Shown: positions 10,454 to 20,388 of the stretch, in pieces
Layout: every line of letters begins with the position of its first letter
Position numbering within the stretch: the stretch's first letter is position 1
From: Escherichia phage vB_EcoM_PiR
Sequence record: OM313461
Direction: 5' to 3' (one strand)
DNA length: 52,936 nucleotides
The notes under the pieces: model-generated
What the model saw: only the letters and a program-made list of their open reading frames with translations
Databases searched by the model: none
Told to the model about the DNA's origin: nothing
Made by a program: the position numbers and the translations under genes

Positions 10454-11092
10454 ATGGCAAATCGTACTACAGCCAACCGTCATATTGAAGACGCAGACCT
10501 GCGTCAAGAGTCGGTTACTCAGTTCCCGTTAGCCAAGCCGACCAAGCTTGATGAGAACGGAAAATTCATTCCAACCCCAGTTACCGGTGTAACTGTTACC
10601 CCTAAAACTAAGTCAATTGCTGTTGGTGAGTTTACTACTCTGACAGCAGCAGTAGCCCCGGCAGACGCAGATGACGTCACCGTATTGTGGGAAAGCGATA
10701 CACCTGCTAATGCCACTGTTGATGGTTCAGGTCGTGTTCAGGGTATCAAAGTAGGTTCAGCAACTATTACTGCTAAATCCAAGCTTGACCCTGCCAAAAC
10801 CGATACCGTAGCAATTACGGTAACTGCTCCGCCTGTAGCCGTCACTGGTGTTACGTTAGCGCCTAAGTCGCCCAGCGTTGTAGTAGGCTCTACTGTACAG
10901 CTGACTGCAACTGTGCTGCCTGCTGGCGCTACTAACAAAGCTGTTACCTACGAGTCCAATGACACGGCTAAAGCTACTGTTAGCGCTACCGGTCTGGTGA
11001 CTGGTAAAGCAGCTGGCGTCGTCACCATCACTGTCAAAACAGCTGATGGCAGCTTCACTGACACCGCGTCAGTAACTGTTACTGCCGAGTAA
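10454..11092 (+). CDS. Ig-like (Big_2-type) domain protein
   Basis: tandem repeats of motif VTGVxxxPKxxS..GxTxQLTATVxPxxATNKxVTYES.D..xATV...G.VTG...G..TIT.KT.DG. Confidence 0.75.
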   Translation: MANRTTANRHIEDADLRQESVTQFPLAKPTKLDENGKFIPTPVTGVTVTPKTKSIAVGEFTTLTAAVAPADADDVTVLWESDTPANATVDGSGRVQGIKVGSATITAKSKLDPAKTDTVAITVTAPPVAVTGVTLAPKSPSVVVGSTVQLTATVLPAGATNKAVTYESNDTAKATVSATGLVTGKAAGVVTITVKTADGSFTDTASVTVTAE

Positions 11093-11103
11093 GGAGCTGA
11101 TTG

Positions 11104-13233
11104 ATGTCGCTTCCACTTGATGAGGTTGTCGACGTCCAGTTCAGTAAGAGCAACGGGGGTAAAGGTTTTACCCCCAATGTTCCGCTGGAAGGCATAATGC
11201 TTTACAACTACGAGTACTCAATCGTTGCGGATGATGACCCTGTTCAGCTAGCTGTGCTCTACATTCCAACCAACGCTACGGAGCGTGGTATGGTATGGGA
11301 ATCTAGCGACTCAGACGTTATCACCGTTGATGAGCTCGGATTTGCAAAGCCGCTGGCGGAAGGTGTTGCATACGTGACTGGTACGTCTGTTGATGGCGGT
11401 TATACTGTACGAGCAAAGTTCAATGTTGCTCGAGCACCTATCCTTGTTGAATCTGTTACAGTGTCTCCCACAAGCGTGACACTTGAAGAGGGTAAGACTC
11501 AACGTCTGACATACACCTATTTACCTGCTAATGCAGACAAACCTGATTTTTACTGGATTTCAGATGACGAGGCTGTTGCTGTCGTTAGTGACAGCGGGCT
11601 TGTCACTGCCATTCTAGACGGTGAAACAACTGTAAGCGTACAGTACGGTATTGACAGTACTATATCTGATAGCTGTATCGTAACTGTTATTCCACCTATT
11701 GTACACGTTACAGGAGTTGAGTTTCTTACTCAGTCACCTCTTAACATTAATATCGGAAGCACAACTGAGACGAGTATTCGTGTATCGCCAGAAGACGCCA
11801 CTGACAAAACAGTGACGTACGAAAGCAGTGCGACTGATGTAGTAACTGTAGATACTGACGGAAATGTTACGGGTGTTATAGCTGGCAATGCCACTATTAC
11901 TGTTAAGACGAATGATGGTGATAAGACTGACACTCTTGATATTATAGTCAAGGAGGCTGTCGTAAATGTTACCGGTGTAAGTATTGATGAAGGCGCTACA
12001 GCTTCTATGGAGGTTGGTGACACGCTTCAGCTACATGCCACTGTGACTCCTGAAAATGCTACTGACCCGTCTGTTGTATGGAGTGCTCCTGTATCAGAAG
12101 TTGCGTCTGTGACTGAAGCTGGTTTGGTAACCGCTAACGCTGCAGGTTTAATTGATGTTACTGTTATCACTAATGATGGGAACTTTACTGATAGAATCGA
12201 GGTTAAAGTTACAGACCCCAGAATCGCAGTTACGGATGTTGCATGGGCTCCTGACTCTCCGACTAAAGTAAGACATGGCCATCAGGTGCAAACTAAAATT
12301 GTTATAACACCTGAAAAAGCAACCAATAAAAAAGTCAGTTACAACAGCTCAAACCCAGACGCTGTTACTGTTGACACTGATGGAGTTATATACGGTCAAT
12401 CTCCTGGAACTTCAACTATTACAGTTACAACAGACGACGGTGGACTTACTGCTTCGTTTATAGCTACTTGCACAGAAGTGGCTGTTATTACACCTGACGG
12501 TCTTGGCGGTATTCCAATCGGTGGCACCCAGCAGTTCACTTATACTGTTAGCCCGTCTGATGCTGAGCTAACTGATATTCGTTACGAATCTGCTAACCCA
12601 GCTATTGCAACTGTTGATTCGTCTGGCGTTGTAACTGGTGTTGCTAGCGGCGGATGTAATATCTGGATTTACGCAACTAGTAATGGTGCGGACATTAGCT
12701 CAGCTACTTGGGCACAAATTTCTGAGAGGGTTCAGGTATACCCGCAGTATGCTGAATGGCTTGTGGGTAACAACAAACAGCTTGATGTTGAGATTTATCC
12801 ATCGGACTCTAAGAGCGTTACCGTTACTTATAGCTCGTCAGATGATTCTGTAATTAGCATAGATGCAAATGGCTTGATGACTGCTAAGTCTGAAGGTTCA
12901 GCAACTATTACTGCTAACGTTGTAATGAACGGTGTTGCTGCTTCTGGTACAACATCTCCTTACGTGTCTGAGCTTTCTGTTACTACTGATTCGCTGCCTG
13001 CACTTACTGTTGGCAACACGCAGCAGCTGGTTGTAACTGTTAGACCTGAATACGCTAAGACAGACCCAGGCTATAACATTCAGTATACAACTACAGACGA
13101 TACTGTCGCTACTGTAAGTAATACCGGTGTTATTACTGGCGTTGGTAACGGTGGATGCCGTATTGGTGCCACAGTAACTGTGAGAAATGCTACAGCGTCG
13201 GACAGCTCTTATCAGTCCGTCGATGCAGCATAA
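11104..13233 (+). CDS. multi-repeat Ig-like (Big_2-type) domain protein
   Basis: about 7 repeats of the same Ig-like motif; track start 11101 is TTG, ATG at 11104. Confidence 0.75.
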   Translation: MSLPLDEVVDVQFSKSNGGKGFTPNVPLEGIMLYNYEYSIVADDDPVQLAVLYIPTNATERGMVWESSDSDVITVDELGFAKPLAEGVAYVTGTSVDGGYTVRAKFNVARAPILVESVTVSPTSVTLEEGKTQRLTYTYLPANADKPDFYWISDDEAVAVVSDSGLVTAILDGETTVSVQYGIDSTISDSCIVTVIPPIVHVTGVEFLTQSPLNINIGSTTETSIRVSPEDATDKTVTYESSATDVVTVDTDGNVTGVIAGNATITVKTNDGDKTDTLDIIVKEAVVNVTGVSIDEGATASMEVGDTLQLHATVTPENATDPSVVWSAPVSEVASVTEAGLVTANAAGLIDVTVITNDGNFTDRIEVKVTDPRIAVTDVAWAPDSPTKVRHGHQVQTKIVITPEKATNKKVSYNSSNPDAVTVDTDGVIYGQSPGTSTITVTTDDGGLTASFIATCTEVAVITPDGLGGIPIGGTQQFTYTVSPSDAELTDIRYESANPAIATVDSSGVVTGVASGGCNIWIYATSNGADISSATWAQISERVQVYPQYAEWLVGNNKQLDVEIYPSDSKSVTVTYSSSDDSVISIDANGLMTAKSEGSATITANVVMNGVAASGTTSPYVSELSVTTDSLPALTVGNTQQLVVTVRPEYAKTDPGYNIQYTTTDDTVATVSNTGVITGVGNGGCRIGATVTVRNATASDSSYQSVDAA

Positions 13234-13258
13234 AAATTAATTAACTTTGCCTCGGCCA

Positions 13259-13287
13259 TTTACTTGGTTAAACTTACTGAGTATAAT
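13259..13287 (+). promoter_or_regulatory. sigma70-like promoter TTTACT-N17-TATAAT
   Basis: -35 13259-13264, -10 13282-13287; inverted repeat CGGCCATT (13253-13260) / AATGGCCG (13285-13292) overlaps both hexamers; AAGAGG SD before ATG 13320. Confidence 0.6.
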
Positions 13288-13319
13288 GGCCGGAAAGTCC
13301 ACCCAAGAGGTAAACAAAA

Positions 13320-14459
13320 ATGCCGTTGAATGTAAACCAGATTGTAAACGTTCAACTGAACAACACTCCAACTGGTATCAGCAAAGGTGACTTCGGTAAG
13401 CTGGCTCTTTTAACTCAGGACCCTGGCACTGCTTTTCCTGACAGCGACAACGGACACTATGTTGAAATCGGCAGCTACTCTGAAGCCGAGTCTTATTGGG
13501 GTGCTGGTTCAGTTGTGCTTGGCGCGTTGAAGATTTTCTTTGCACAATCTCCGCGTCCTCGTTCAGTAGTTATCGCCTCATGGAACAACACCTCTACTCT
13601 GGATGCGGCTATTAAAGCATTCAACGATGTGTACCCTGACTGGTATGTTCTGCGTCCGCTTCCACCTACTGGTGAGCTGTCTGACGATGACATCAGTTTG
13701 CTGGCGTCAACTGTTGCTGCTTACGATAAAAAACGTTGCAGCTATACAACCACTAAAGCAACTCATATTGAAAACAGCGACTCCAACCCGATTAAAGTTC
13801 TGGCTGGTAAAGGCTACAACAATATGTGGCTTCAGTATGATAAGAACAACCAACACTATGCAGACATTTCTGCTATGGCGCGTGCTCTGTCCGTTAACTT
13901 CTCTGGTAACCGCACCACGATTACCATGAAGTTCAAACAAGAGCCTGGCATTACACCGAACAACACTTTAACGCTTACTGAAGCTAACAAGTGTAAAGCG
14001 CTGGGTATTAACTGGTACACCTACTACAGCACCTTTGCTATGCTTGCTGAGGGTACTGTTCTCGGTACGTCCAAACCGCCTCGCTTCTGGGATGAAGTAC
14101 ACGGCCTAGACTGGTTCTGTAATGCAGTTCAGACTTACGTCTTCAACTCAATCGCTACGTCACCCACGAAGGTGCCGCAGACGAACAAAGGTCACGAGCG
14201 CCTTACCGGTGCTGCAGCTGTTGCTTGTCAGCAGGCTGTCGACAACGGCTTGGTTGCACCTGGTATCTGGTACGGTGATGAGTTTGGTACACTGTCTTAT
14301 GGTGACCGACTCGAGACAGGTTTCTACATCTACATCCCTGACGTAGATGACCAGCCTCTGGATGAGCGTGAAGCTCGTCAGGCCGTTGTAATGCAAATCG
14401 CGATTAAGCTGGCAGGTGCAATCCATTCCAGCGACATCCTGATTAACTTCACTCGCTAA
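13320..14459 (+). CDS. tail sheath protein (probable)
   Basis: 379-aa ORF followed by 143-aa tube-sized ORF, chaperone with frameshift and tape measure, the order seen in P2/Mu-type contractile tails. Confidence 0.5.
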   Translation: MPLNVNQIVNVQLNNTPTGISKGDFGKLALLTQDPGTAFPDSDNGHYVEIGSYSEAESYWGAGSVVLGALKIFFAQSPRPRSVVIASWNNTSTLDAAIKAFNDVYPDWYVLRPLPPTGELSDDDISLLASTVAAYDKKRCSYTTTKATHIENSDSNPIKVLAGKGYNNMWLQYDKNNQHYADISAMARALSVNFSGNRTTITMKFKQEPGITPNNTLTLTEANKCKALGINWYTYYSTFAMLAEGTVLGTSKPPRFWDEVHGLDWFCNAVQTYVFNSIATSPTKVPQTNKGHERLTGAAAVACQQAVDNGLVAPGIWYGDEFGTLSYGDRLETGFYIYIPDVDDQPLDEREARQAVVMQIAIKLAGAIHSSDILINFTR

Positions 14460-14470
14460 GGAGCAGATCA

Positions 14471-14902
14471 ATGATCATCGATTCTTCTGAATGCGTGTTG
14501 AGCCTGAATGGTGTTCAGCTGTCCGACTGGGCAGACGGTGCCGATGTCATTGACGTGCAATGGGTGGACCCAGCTTCCACCTATCTTGCAGGTGCTGATG
14601 GCGGTGGTATCCAGATTATGAACCCGTCCAAAGCCATTAAGCTGACTATCAAAGTTAAGCAAAGTGGTCCGGACGCCAAATGGCTTAACGACCAGTACAA
14701 CCTGCAGCGTAACAACATTCGTGGATTCGTCCCGTTTGTGCTGCAAGCCAAAGACCTGCTAAACCAGGATTTGGCATGGGGTAAAAAAGGTTACTTTACC
14801 GATGGTTCCCCGTGGACTCGTGGTAACGGCCATAACCCGACTACCTTCTCTATTGTGTTCCACCAAGGTGGTATGCAGTTGACTGAAGGCTTTGACCAGT
14901 AA
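14471..14902 (+). CDS. tail tube protein (probable)
   Basis: 143-aa ORF between sheath candidate and chaperone. Confidence 0.5.
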   Translation: MIIDSSECVLSLNGVQLSDWADGADVIDVQWVDPASTYLAGADGGGIQIMNPSKAIKLTIKVKQSGPDAKWLNDQYNLQRNNIRGFVPFVLQAKDLLNQDLAWGKKGYFTDGSPWTRGNGHNPTTFSIVFHQGGMQLTEGFDQ

Positions 14903-14920
14903 CAATAGAGGAAAGCACAA

Positions 14921-15349
14921 ATGACTGAGCCCAAATCATTTGACATCGACGACGTAACGTACAACATGACACTCGCAAACGCGCTGCAAGCCTGGACAGT
15001 CCTGAAAAAAGCAGGTAAGCTGTTCAAAGGCATTGGTAACGCGGACATTGTGGGTAAAGACGGCAAAGTGGACGGTAAGAAAGCAATGCTGGTCCTGTTG
15101 GACGCTGTTCTGGAGAACGCAGGTTCTGACGAGATGACAGCTATTGAGGAACTAATCTTCCGCAATACTGTTGTTGTAGTTGATGGCAAACCGCGTAAGC
15201 TGTCTGACTGTAAAGACCAACACTTCAACGCACATCGTAGCCATATCTTCGGTGTGCTTAAGGAGGGATTGGTATATCAGTTCGCGGATTTTTTCAAAGG
15301 GAATGGCCTGTCAGGTCTAGCGGGTCTAGCCACGCCCTTGACGAAATAA
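14921..15349 (+). CDS. tail assembly chaperone (short form)
   Basis: 142-aa ORF immediately upstream of tape measure; contains slippery heptamer T_TTT_TTC in frame near its 3' end. Confidence 0.7.
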   Translation: MTEPKSFDIDDVTYNMTLANALQAWTVLKKAGKLFKGIGNADIVGKDGKVDGKKAMLVLLDAVLENAGSDEMTAIEELIFRNTVVVVDGKPRKLSDCKDQHFNAHRSHIFGVLKEGLVYQFADFFKGNGLSGLAGLATPLTK

Positions 15350-15531
15350 AACGCAAGCAACAGTCAGGGACGCAAGAAACTGACCGGTTTATTTGGCTTC
15401 CTATTCTCAAGGGTCATGTGACCCTTGCAGAATTAAAGTCGTCTTACAGCTTGTGTGATTTGTGCGACCTGCATATTGCTATTCTGGACTATGCCGAGTT
15501 AGAGGAAATCCATGGCGACCATAATCGATAG
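14921..15531 (+). CDS. tail assembly chaperone, -1 frameshift-extended form
   Basis: slippery site T TTT TTC at 15289-15295 in 0 frame; -1 frame open for 78 codons from 15295 to TAG 15529-15531, filling the apparent gap before the tape measure gene; length not a multiple of 3 by design. Confidence 0.6.
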
Positions 15532-17173
15532 CTTTCTGGTAACGCTTGAGAGTAAAGCCGATAGTGCAGGCTTTGACCTCTTCGACCAGCTGTCCCGCCG
15601 TTTTGTGATTACCCTCGGCGATGTAATCAATCTTGCTGAGCGTGCCGCTGGTGCGCTCGGTAGGATGTTTGCGCCTGCGTTAGAGGCTGACGTACTCGCC
15701 GCCAAGATTAAAGGCTTCGGCTACGACGTCGAATCGACGTGGAAAACGCTGATGGATATGTCTTTGCAAATGGGTACACCATTTCAAGAGGCACTCGACG
15801 GCTTTACTAAACTTAAAGCGTATGGCGTTGACCCGTTAAACGGTTCGCTACAAATGCTCAAAACAATCACTGCTGCAACAGGCGGTGATTTGGCACGTAC
15901 CATTGTTGCGTACGGCCAGGCAACTGCGATGGGTTCATTGCAGGGCCAGGAAAAGAACCAGTTCATTAACGCCGGTGTTGACATCTGGGGCGCATTGTCC
16001 CGTTACACTGGTAAGCAACTCGGCGAGCTTCAGGATATGATGCGGCAGAAGAAAATTACTGCCGACATACTGACTAGCGCGCTGAAACAAGAAGCCGAAC
16101 GGTTAAAACCAATTGCCCACGAAGTGTCACAGACACTCAAAGCGCAGTTAACTAACCTGAGCACAATTTGGTATGCTGCTCGTGCTAAGATTACCCAGAC
16201 CCGAGTATGGGACGAGGTAACTAAAGGCGCGATAAATATGGTTAAGTCACTTACCGCAGTGCTTAACGATACCACACTTACTGCAGCATTTAAAAAGTTT
16301 GATGAAATTGTATTCAATACAATTGAAAATATAAAACGACTTATCTACGTTATCGGGGATAACTTCCCGTTAATGGTTGCAATAACTTCGTACGCACTAT
16401 TGGCACTTATTCCCGTGCTGACTAAGGTCGGCAATGCCTTTGTGGGTTTAGCTGCCAAAATACTTATGAACCCGCTTACGTGGATTGTACTTGCTATCGG
16501 CGCAGTTATTGCTGTACTCGCTGACCTCGATGATGCTCTGGCAGGACGTGAGACAGTTGTTAAGTGGTCAAAAGACGTTGTTGCTGCATGGGGAATTGTC
16601 AAGCAGTATATCGTAGTTATTGCAGACTTTATTCTGTCAATATTTGACGGCCGCTTATGGAACCGGCTCGGTAACTGGTGGCAAGGTTTCCTTGGTGAAG
16701 TTAAGCAAGGCATAGAGCAGATAAAGCTGTGGTTGTCTGAAGCGCTTTACCAGTTGCCTGGTGGTAAGTTCCTAATGGCATTATTTGGTAAGCTCGATTC
16801 TACCCTGGGCTTTGCTGGTAACAAACTTGTGACAGGTGCGGAGGCTACTGTCAATGCTGTGTCGCCTACCACTGAACAGGGCGGAAGCTTCTGGAGTAAG
16901 GCGCTCAACTGGTCTATGCGTAACTTCAACCCTATTACAGGGGAGATGACAGCTGGAGGCCAGGCTATGCAGTCAGCTATAAATACAGCTAAGCAAAACC
17001 AACAACAGAACGCAACTGTTATCCATCAGGATAATAGCGTTAAAGTTGATGCTACTATTACCGGTGTACAAAACCCACAAGAAGTAGGTCGTGAGGTCAA
17101 TGACCAGGTCAAACAGGCGCAGAAAGAGAATGCTACTGTAAGGGCTAACAACAAAACGGCGGTAACACAATGA
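15512..17173 (+). CDS. tail tape measure protein
   Basis: 553-aa protein with central hydrophobic segments, downstream of chaperone/frameshift pair. Confidence 0.75.
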   Translation: MATIIDSFLVTLESKADSAGFDLFDQLSRRFVITLGDVINLAERAAGALGRMFAPALEADVLAAKIKGFGYDVESTWKTLMDMSLQMGTPFQEALDGFTKLKAYGVDPLNGSLQMLKTITAATGGDLARTIVAYGQATAMGSLQGQEKNQFINAGVDIWGALSRYTGKQLGELQDMMRQKKITADILTSALKQEAERLKPIAHEVSQTLKAQLTNLSTIWYAARAKITQTRVWDEVTKGAINMVKSLTAVLNDTTLTAAFKKFDEIVFNTIENIKRLIYVIGDNFPLMVAITSYALLALIPVLTKVGNAFVGLAAKILMNPLTWIVLAIGAVIAVLADLDDALAGRETVVKWSKDVVAAWGIVKQYIVVIADFILSIFDGRLWNRLGNWWQGFLGEVKQGIEQIKLWLSEALYQLPGGKFLMALFGKLDSTLGFAGNKLVTGAEATVNAVSPTTEQGGSFWSKALNWSMRNFNPITGEMTAGGQAMQSAINTAKQNQQQNATVIHQDNSVKVDATITGVQNPQEVGREVNDQVKQAQKENATVRANNKTAVTQ

Positions 17174-18066
17174 GTGACATCTTTGCTGGAATTACTGATG
17201 CTGCCAACGACTTGTACCAAGAAGCCCGCGACAGACTCATGGGCGACGGTACGACCACCTTACGCTTCCGCAACTGCGGAGGCATTAAGATGGATGCTGT
17301 CACTAACGAAGAGCATCAGTCTGACCTTGACATCGCTGATAACGAACTTGAGTCCGGGGCTAAGGCTTCGGACCATGCTGCTGTACAACCAAAAGTTATT
17401 ACTGTCACTGGCGTGGTGGTTGGTTATATCGACGAGTCAGTTCAAGAGTCAACAATTAAGGATGTAACAGGCCTACGGTCTATGGATTTCTTGGATGATA
17501 TTCAGCTTCCACAGGTAGTGTCTACTGCTCTCGAAGGAACAAGGGACTTTGCTGTTAACAAGCTAGCCTCATTCATAGACTGGGGCGGTTTAGACGCTAC
17601 CATCTCACGCTCTTTAGTTCCATGGCTTCCTGACTTTAGTATAGCTGAACAGCTTAAGTCTTCGGACAATATGAGGATTGAACAGGTATACCGTACCTTG
17701 CTGGATTTACAGAAAAACGTTATCTACTGTGACGTTGACACTGGTATCTTCAAGTATACGAATATGCTTTTGAAGTCTGTTCGTGTTGTACAGGAGAAAG
17801 ATGGTTCAGCGACGTTTACCCTTACGTTCCGTGAAGTCATCGAAGTGCCGATTGTAGTTACAAACGCTGTAGCGGCTAAGTCAACAGGTCGCCCGGCTAA
17901 CAACGGTACCAAGAAGAGCGGACGGGCGCAAGGTCAGGGTGATGCTGTCAGTAAGAAGGACATAAACACAACTACGTCGATTAGCGAGAAACGCGTAAAC
18001 GATAACCGTGGATTCGGCGTAACGCTTGGTGATATGTTCGGCTTTAACCTACGAGGTATTTTCTGA
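17170..18066 (+). CDS. tail/baseplate protein (Mu gpN-like position)
   Basis: ATGA overlap with tape measure stop; position in tail module. Confidence 0.45.
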   Translation: MSDIFAGITDAANDLYQEARDRLMGDGTTTLRFRNCGGIKMDAVTNEEHQSDLDIADNELESGAKASDHAAVQPKVITVTGVVVGYIDESVQESTIKDVTGLRSMDFLDDIQLPQVVSTALEGTRDFAVNKLASFIDWGGLDATISRSLVPWLPDFSIAEQLKSSDNMRIEQVYRTLLDLQKNVIYCDVDTGIFKYTNMLLKSVRVVQEKDGSATFTLTFREVIEVPIVVTNAVAAKSTGRPANNGTKKSGRAQGQGDAVSKKDINTTTSISEKRVNDNRGFGVTLGDMFGFNLRGIF

Positions 18067-18458
18067 TGATACTTACCACAACTGCTTTCCTCGACATTGT
18101 AGGTAACGATGGTTCTGGTATTTACGACTTGGAGCCTACCTCTGAAGGTAAGCAATCAATATCAATTTCTATCGCTGGATATACGTATAACATTGAGTTG
18201 TACTATAACACGGTAGGTCAGCTCTGGCAGGCTACAGTGACTGACCTATCAAGTAATGCTGTACTTTGTTCCAGTTATGCTTTACAATATGGGCGTATTG
18301 CTTTTGGTAACTGGGACACGCGTATAGCGTTGCTGGTAAGTGACAAATCCTCCAGCCGCATCGGTCCTATGACTACAGATGACATGGGAGGACGTTGCAA
18401 TGTCTACATCGTCGACAAAACAGCCTACCCGTCAGTTTGGCCGCGCGTTAAAGCTTGA
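18066..18458 (+). CDS. hypothetical tail protein
   Basis: ATG overlapping upstream TGA. Confidence 0.45.
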   Translation: MILTTTAFLDIVGNDGSGIYDLEPTSEGKQSISISIAGYTYNIELYYNTVGQLWQATVTDLSSNAVLCSSYALQYGRIAFGNWDTRIALLVSDKSSSRIGPMTTDDMGGRCNVYIVDKTAYPSVWPRVKA

Positions 18459-19359
18459 GGTCAGCAACGGTAAAGATGAAGGCATAATCATCTCAAATCT
18501 TCGTGTTACCTTTGACATTCAAAAGGGTAACACGAAGCATCCAAATAAAGCGACAATCACAGTGTTCAACTTGACTGAATCCAACCGTTATAAGTTGGCG
18601 GCAGGTACCTGGGATTACGTCCGTCTCTCTGTGGGTTACGGTCTTGACAACATAGTTTATCGTTTGATATTCGAAGGCGATATTACTCGTGCTAACGACC
18701 AACGAAACGGCCTTGACATTCAGACTGTTCTCGAATGTGGCGATGCCCGTAAATCTTACAACGATGGCTTTGTTAATACGACGCTGGCTGCTGGTTCTAC
18801 GTATGACAGTGTTGTTGACGTTTGCCTGGCTAGCATGCCAAACGTTGAAGAAGGGTACGTCTGCCTTGACAGCAACAAACCAGCTTTCCTGAGAGCACGT
18901 ACTCTGTTCGGACAAACGCACAGTGTACTGGACCAGGTTGCTGCTGCCAACAAGGCTACCTGGTCTATACAAGACAATAAGCTCAATATCATTCCTAACG
19001 ACTCTGTTACTGACTACGACGTTGTTGTGCTGTCAGAATCGTCTGGTATGATTGGTGCTCCTCGCGGCACAGACAAAGGTCTTGAGGTTACTTGCAACCT
19101 GAATCCTAGCCTGGCCATCGGTGGTCTTGTACAAGTAAATTCTATGTTTACACAGTACAACGGACAGTATAAAATCGACACTATAAGATTTCGGGGTGAC
19201 AATAAACCGAAAGGACCGTGGCGTGCTGACTTAACGGTTCTTGGCGGACAGTTCGCGAAGAAAGTTCGTCGACTCAAGAAGCCACGCAAACTGTCGAAGA
19301 TTGAGTACGACTACGTTACCGAACCCGGTGTTGACCATACAGTAGGCGGAGGTAGCTGA
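18400..19359 (+). CDS. baseplate hub / tail protein (probable)
   Basis: start re-assigned to ATG 18400 with GGGAGGA SD; position before spike and gp25-like genes. Confidence 0.45.
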   Translation: MSTSSTKQPTRQFGRALKLEVSNGKDEGIIISNLRVTFDIQKGNTKHPNKATITVFNLTESNRYKLAAGTWDYVRLSVGYGLDNIVYRLIFEGDITRANDQRNGLDIQTVLECGDARKSYNDGFVNTTLAAGSTYDSVVDVCLASMPNVEEGYVCLDSNKPAFLRARTLFGQTHSVLDQVAAANKATWSIQDNKLNIIPNDSVTDYDVVVLSESSGMIGAPRGTDKGLEVTCNLNPSLAIGGLVQVNSMFTQYNGQYKIDTIRFRGDNKPKGPWRADLTVLGGQFAKKVRRLKKPRKLSKIEYDYVTEPGVDHTVGGGS

Positions 19360-20006
19360 TGTCAGCTATTGACTATAATACAGCAACACTTGACGAGGCC
19401 ATTGAAGCTGCACTGTTTGCTGCAATGATTGGTAAACGCCACTGTTTACCTGGCCGTATAGTATCGTTTAACAGCGACCTACAGACTGTTGTTGTTGAAC
19501 CTATGGTTAGCGCCGAAAACGAAGATGGTTCGATGAGACAGTTACCGCCAGCGGCTGACGTTCCTTTATTCCAGCTAGGTGGCGGTGATTTTGTTATAAC
19601 ACTCGAACCAAAGAAAGGCGACCCGTGCTTACTTCTTGTTGCTGACAGATGTATTGACGTATGGTATGAGCTGGCTGAAAACGCTATACCAGGTGACTTC
19701 CGACAGAATGACCTGTCAGACTGCTTCTGTCTTGTGGGCTTCAGACCTAAACCTCTGAAGATAACAAACTGGATGGAAGGTGTAACTATCCGTAAGGTTG
19801 ATGGTAGCCACTATATCAATATTAATAATGCTGGCAAGGTATCGATAAAGGCTACAGCAGTAGACTTGCTTGATACACCAACACTTAATGCACCAAACAC
19901 AGAAGCCAAGTTTAAAGAAATTAATATTGGCGGCGTTAAGATGTCCAAACACAGACACCAAGAGAATGGTGACGGTGGCGGTATTACTAATGGCCCGCAA
20001 AACTAG
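19359..20006 (+). CDS. baseplate spike protein (gpV/Mu gp45-like, probable)
   Basis: 215 aa, position in baseplate module; ATGA overlap with upstream stop. Confidence 0.4.
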   Translation: MSAIDYNTATLDEAIEAALFAAMIGKRHCLPGRIVSFNSDLQTVVVEPMVSAENEDGSMRQLPPAADVPLFQLGGGDFVITLEPKKGDPCLLLVADRCIDVWYELAENAIPGDFRQNDLSDCFCLVGFRPKPLKITNWMEGVTIRKVDGSHYININNAGKVSIKATAVDLLDTPTLNAPNTEAKFKEINIGGVKMSKHRHQENGDGGGITNGPQN

Positions 20007-20016
20007 GTAACCCACA

Positions 20017-20388
20017 ATGCGAACTAGACGACTTGATTCAAACTGGGACTGGAATTTTGGGCGTGGACGACTTGACTACGCCGAGACATCTGAGTCCATT
20101 GAACAACGCATCGTGCAGATACTCCGCTGCTATACCATGGACTGGGTACATGACCTGGACTATGGCATTGATTGGTTCGGACTAATGGAGAAGCCTGTTC
20201 GATGGGCTGACCTGGAGGCTGCAATCAAAACAGCAATACTTGCGGAGTATGGAGTTAGTTCTATCGAGAGCTTTACCCTAAGCTTCGACCCTGACTCACG
20301 TCACGCTGTTTATTCGGTTGAGGTTAATGATATTTACCACAACACAACCTCTATTAACAGAAGTATTAATTTAACCGGAGAAAACTGA
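20017..20388 (+). CDS. baseplate wedge protein (gpW/gp25-like, probable)
   Basis: 123 aa, immediately upstream of J-like gene. Confidence 0.4.
   Translation: MRTRRLDSNWDWNFGRGRLDYAETSESIEQRIVQILRCYTMDWVHDLDYGIDWFGLMEKPVRWADLEAAIKTAILAEYGVSSIESFTLSFDPDSRHAVYSVEVNDIYHNTTSINRSINLTGEN

Noticed and set aside
15428-15443. Palindrome AGGGTCA-TG-TGACCCT as terminator or operator in the gap before the tape measure gene
   Set aside because: It lies inside the -1 frameshift extension of the chaperone gene, so the gap is coding; a 2-nt loop is unlikely for an RNA hairpin.
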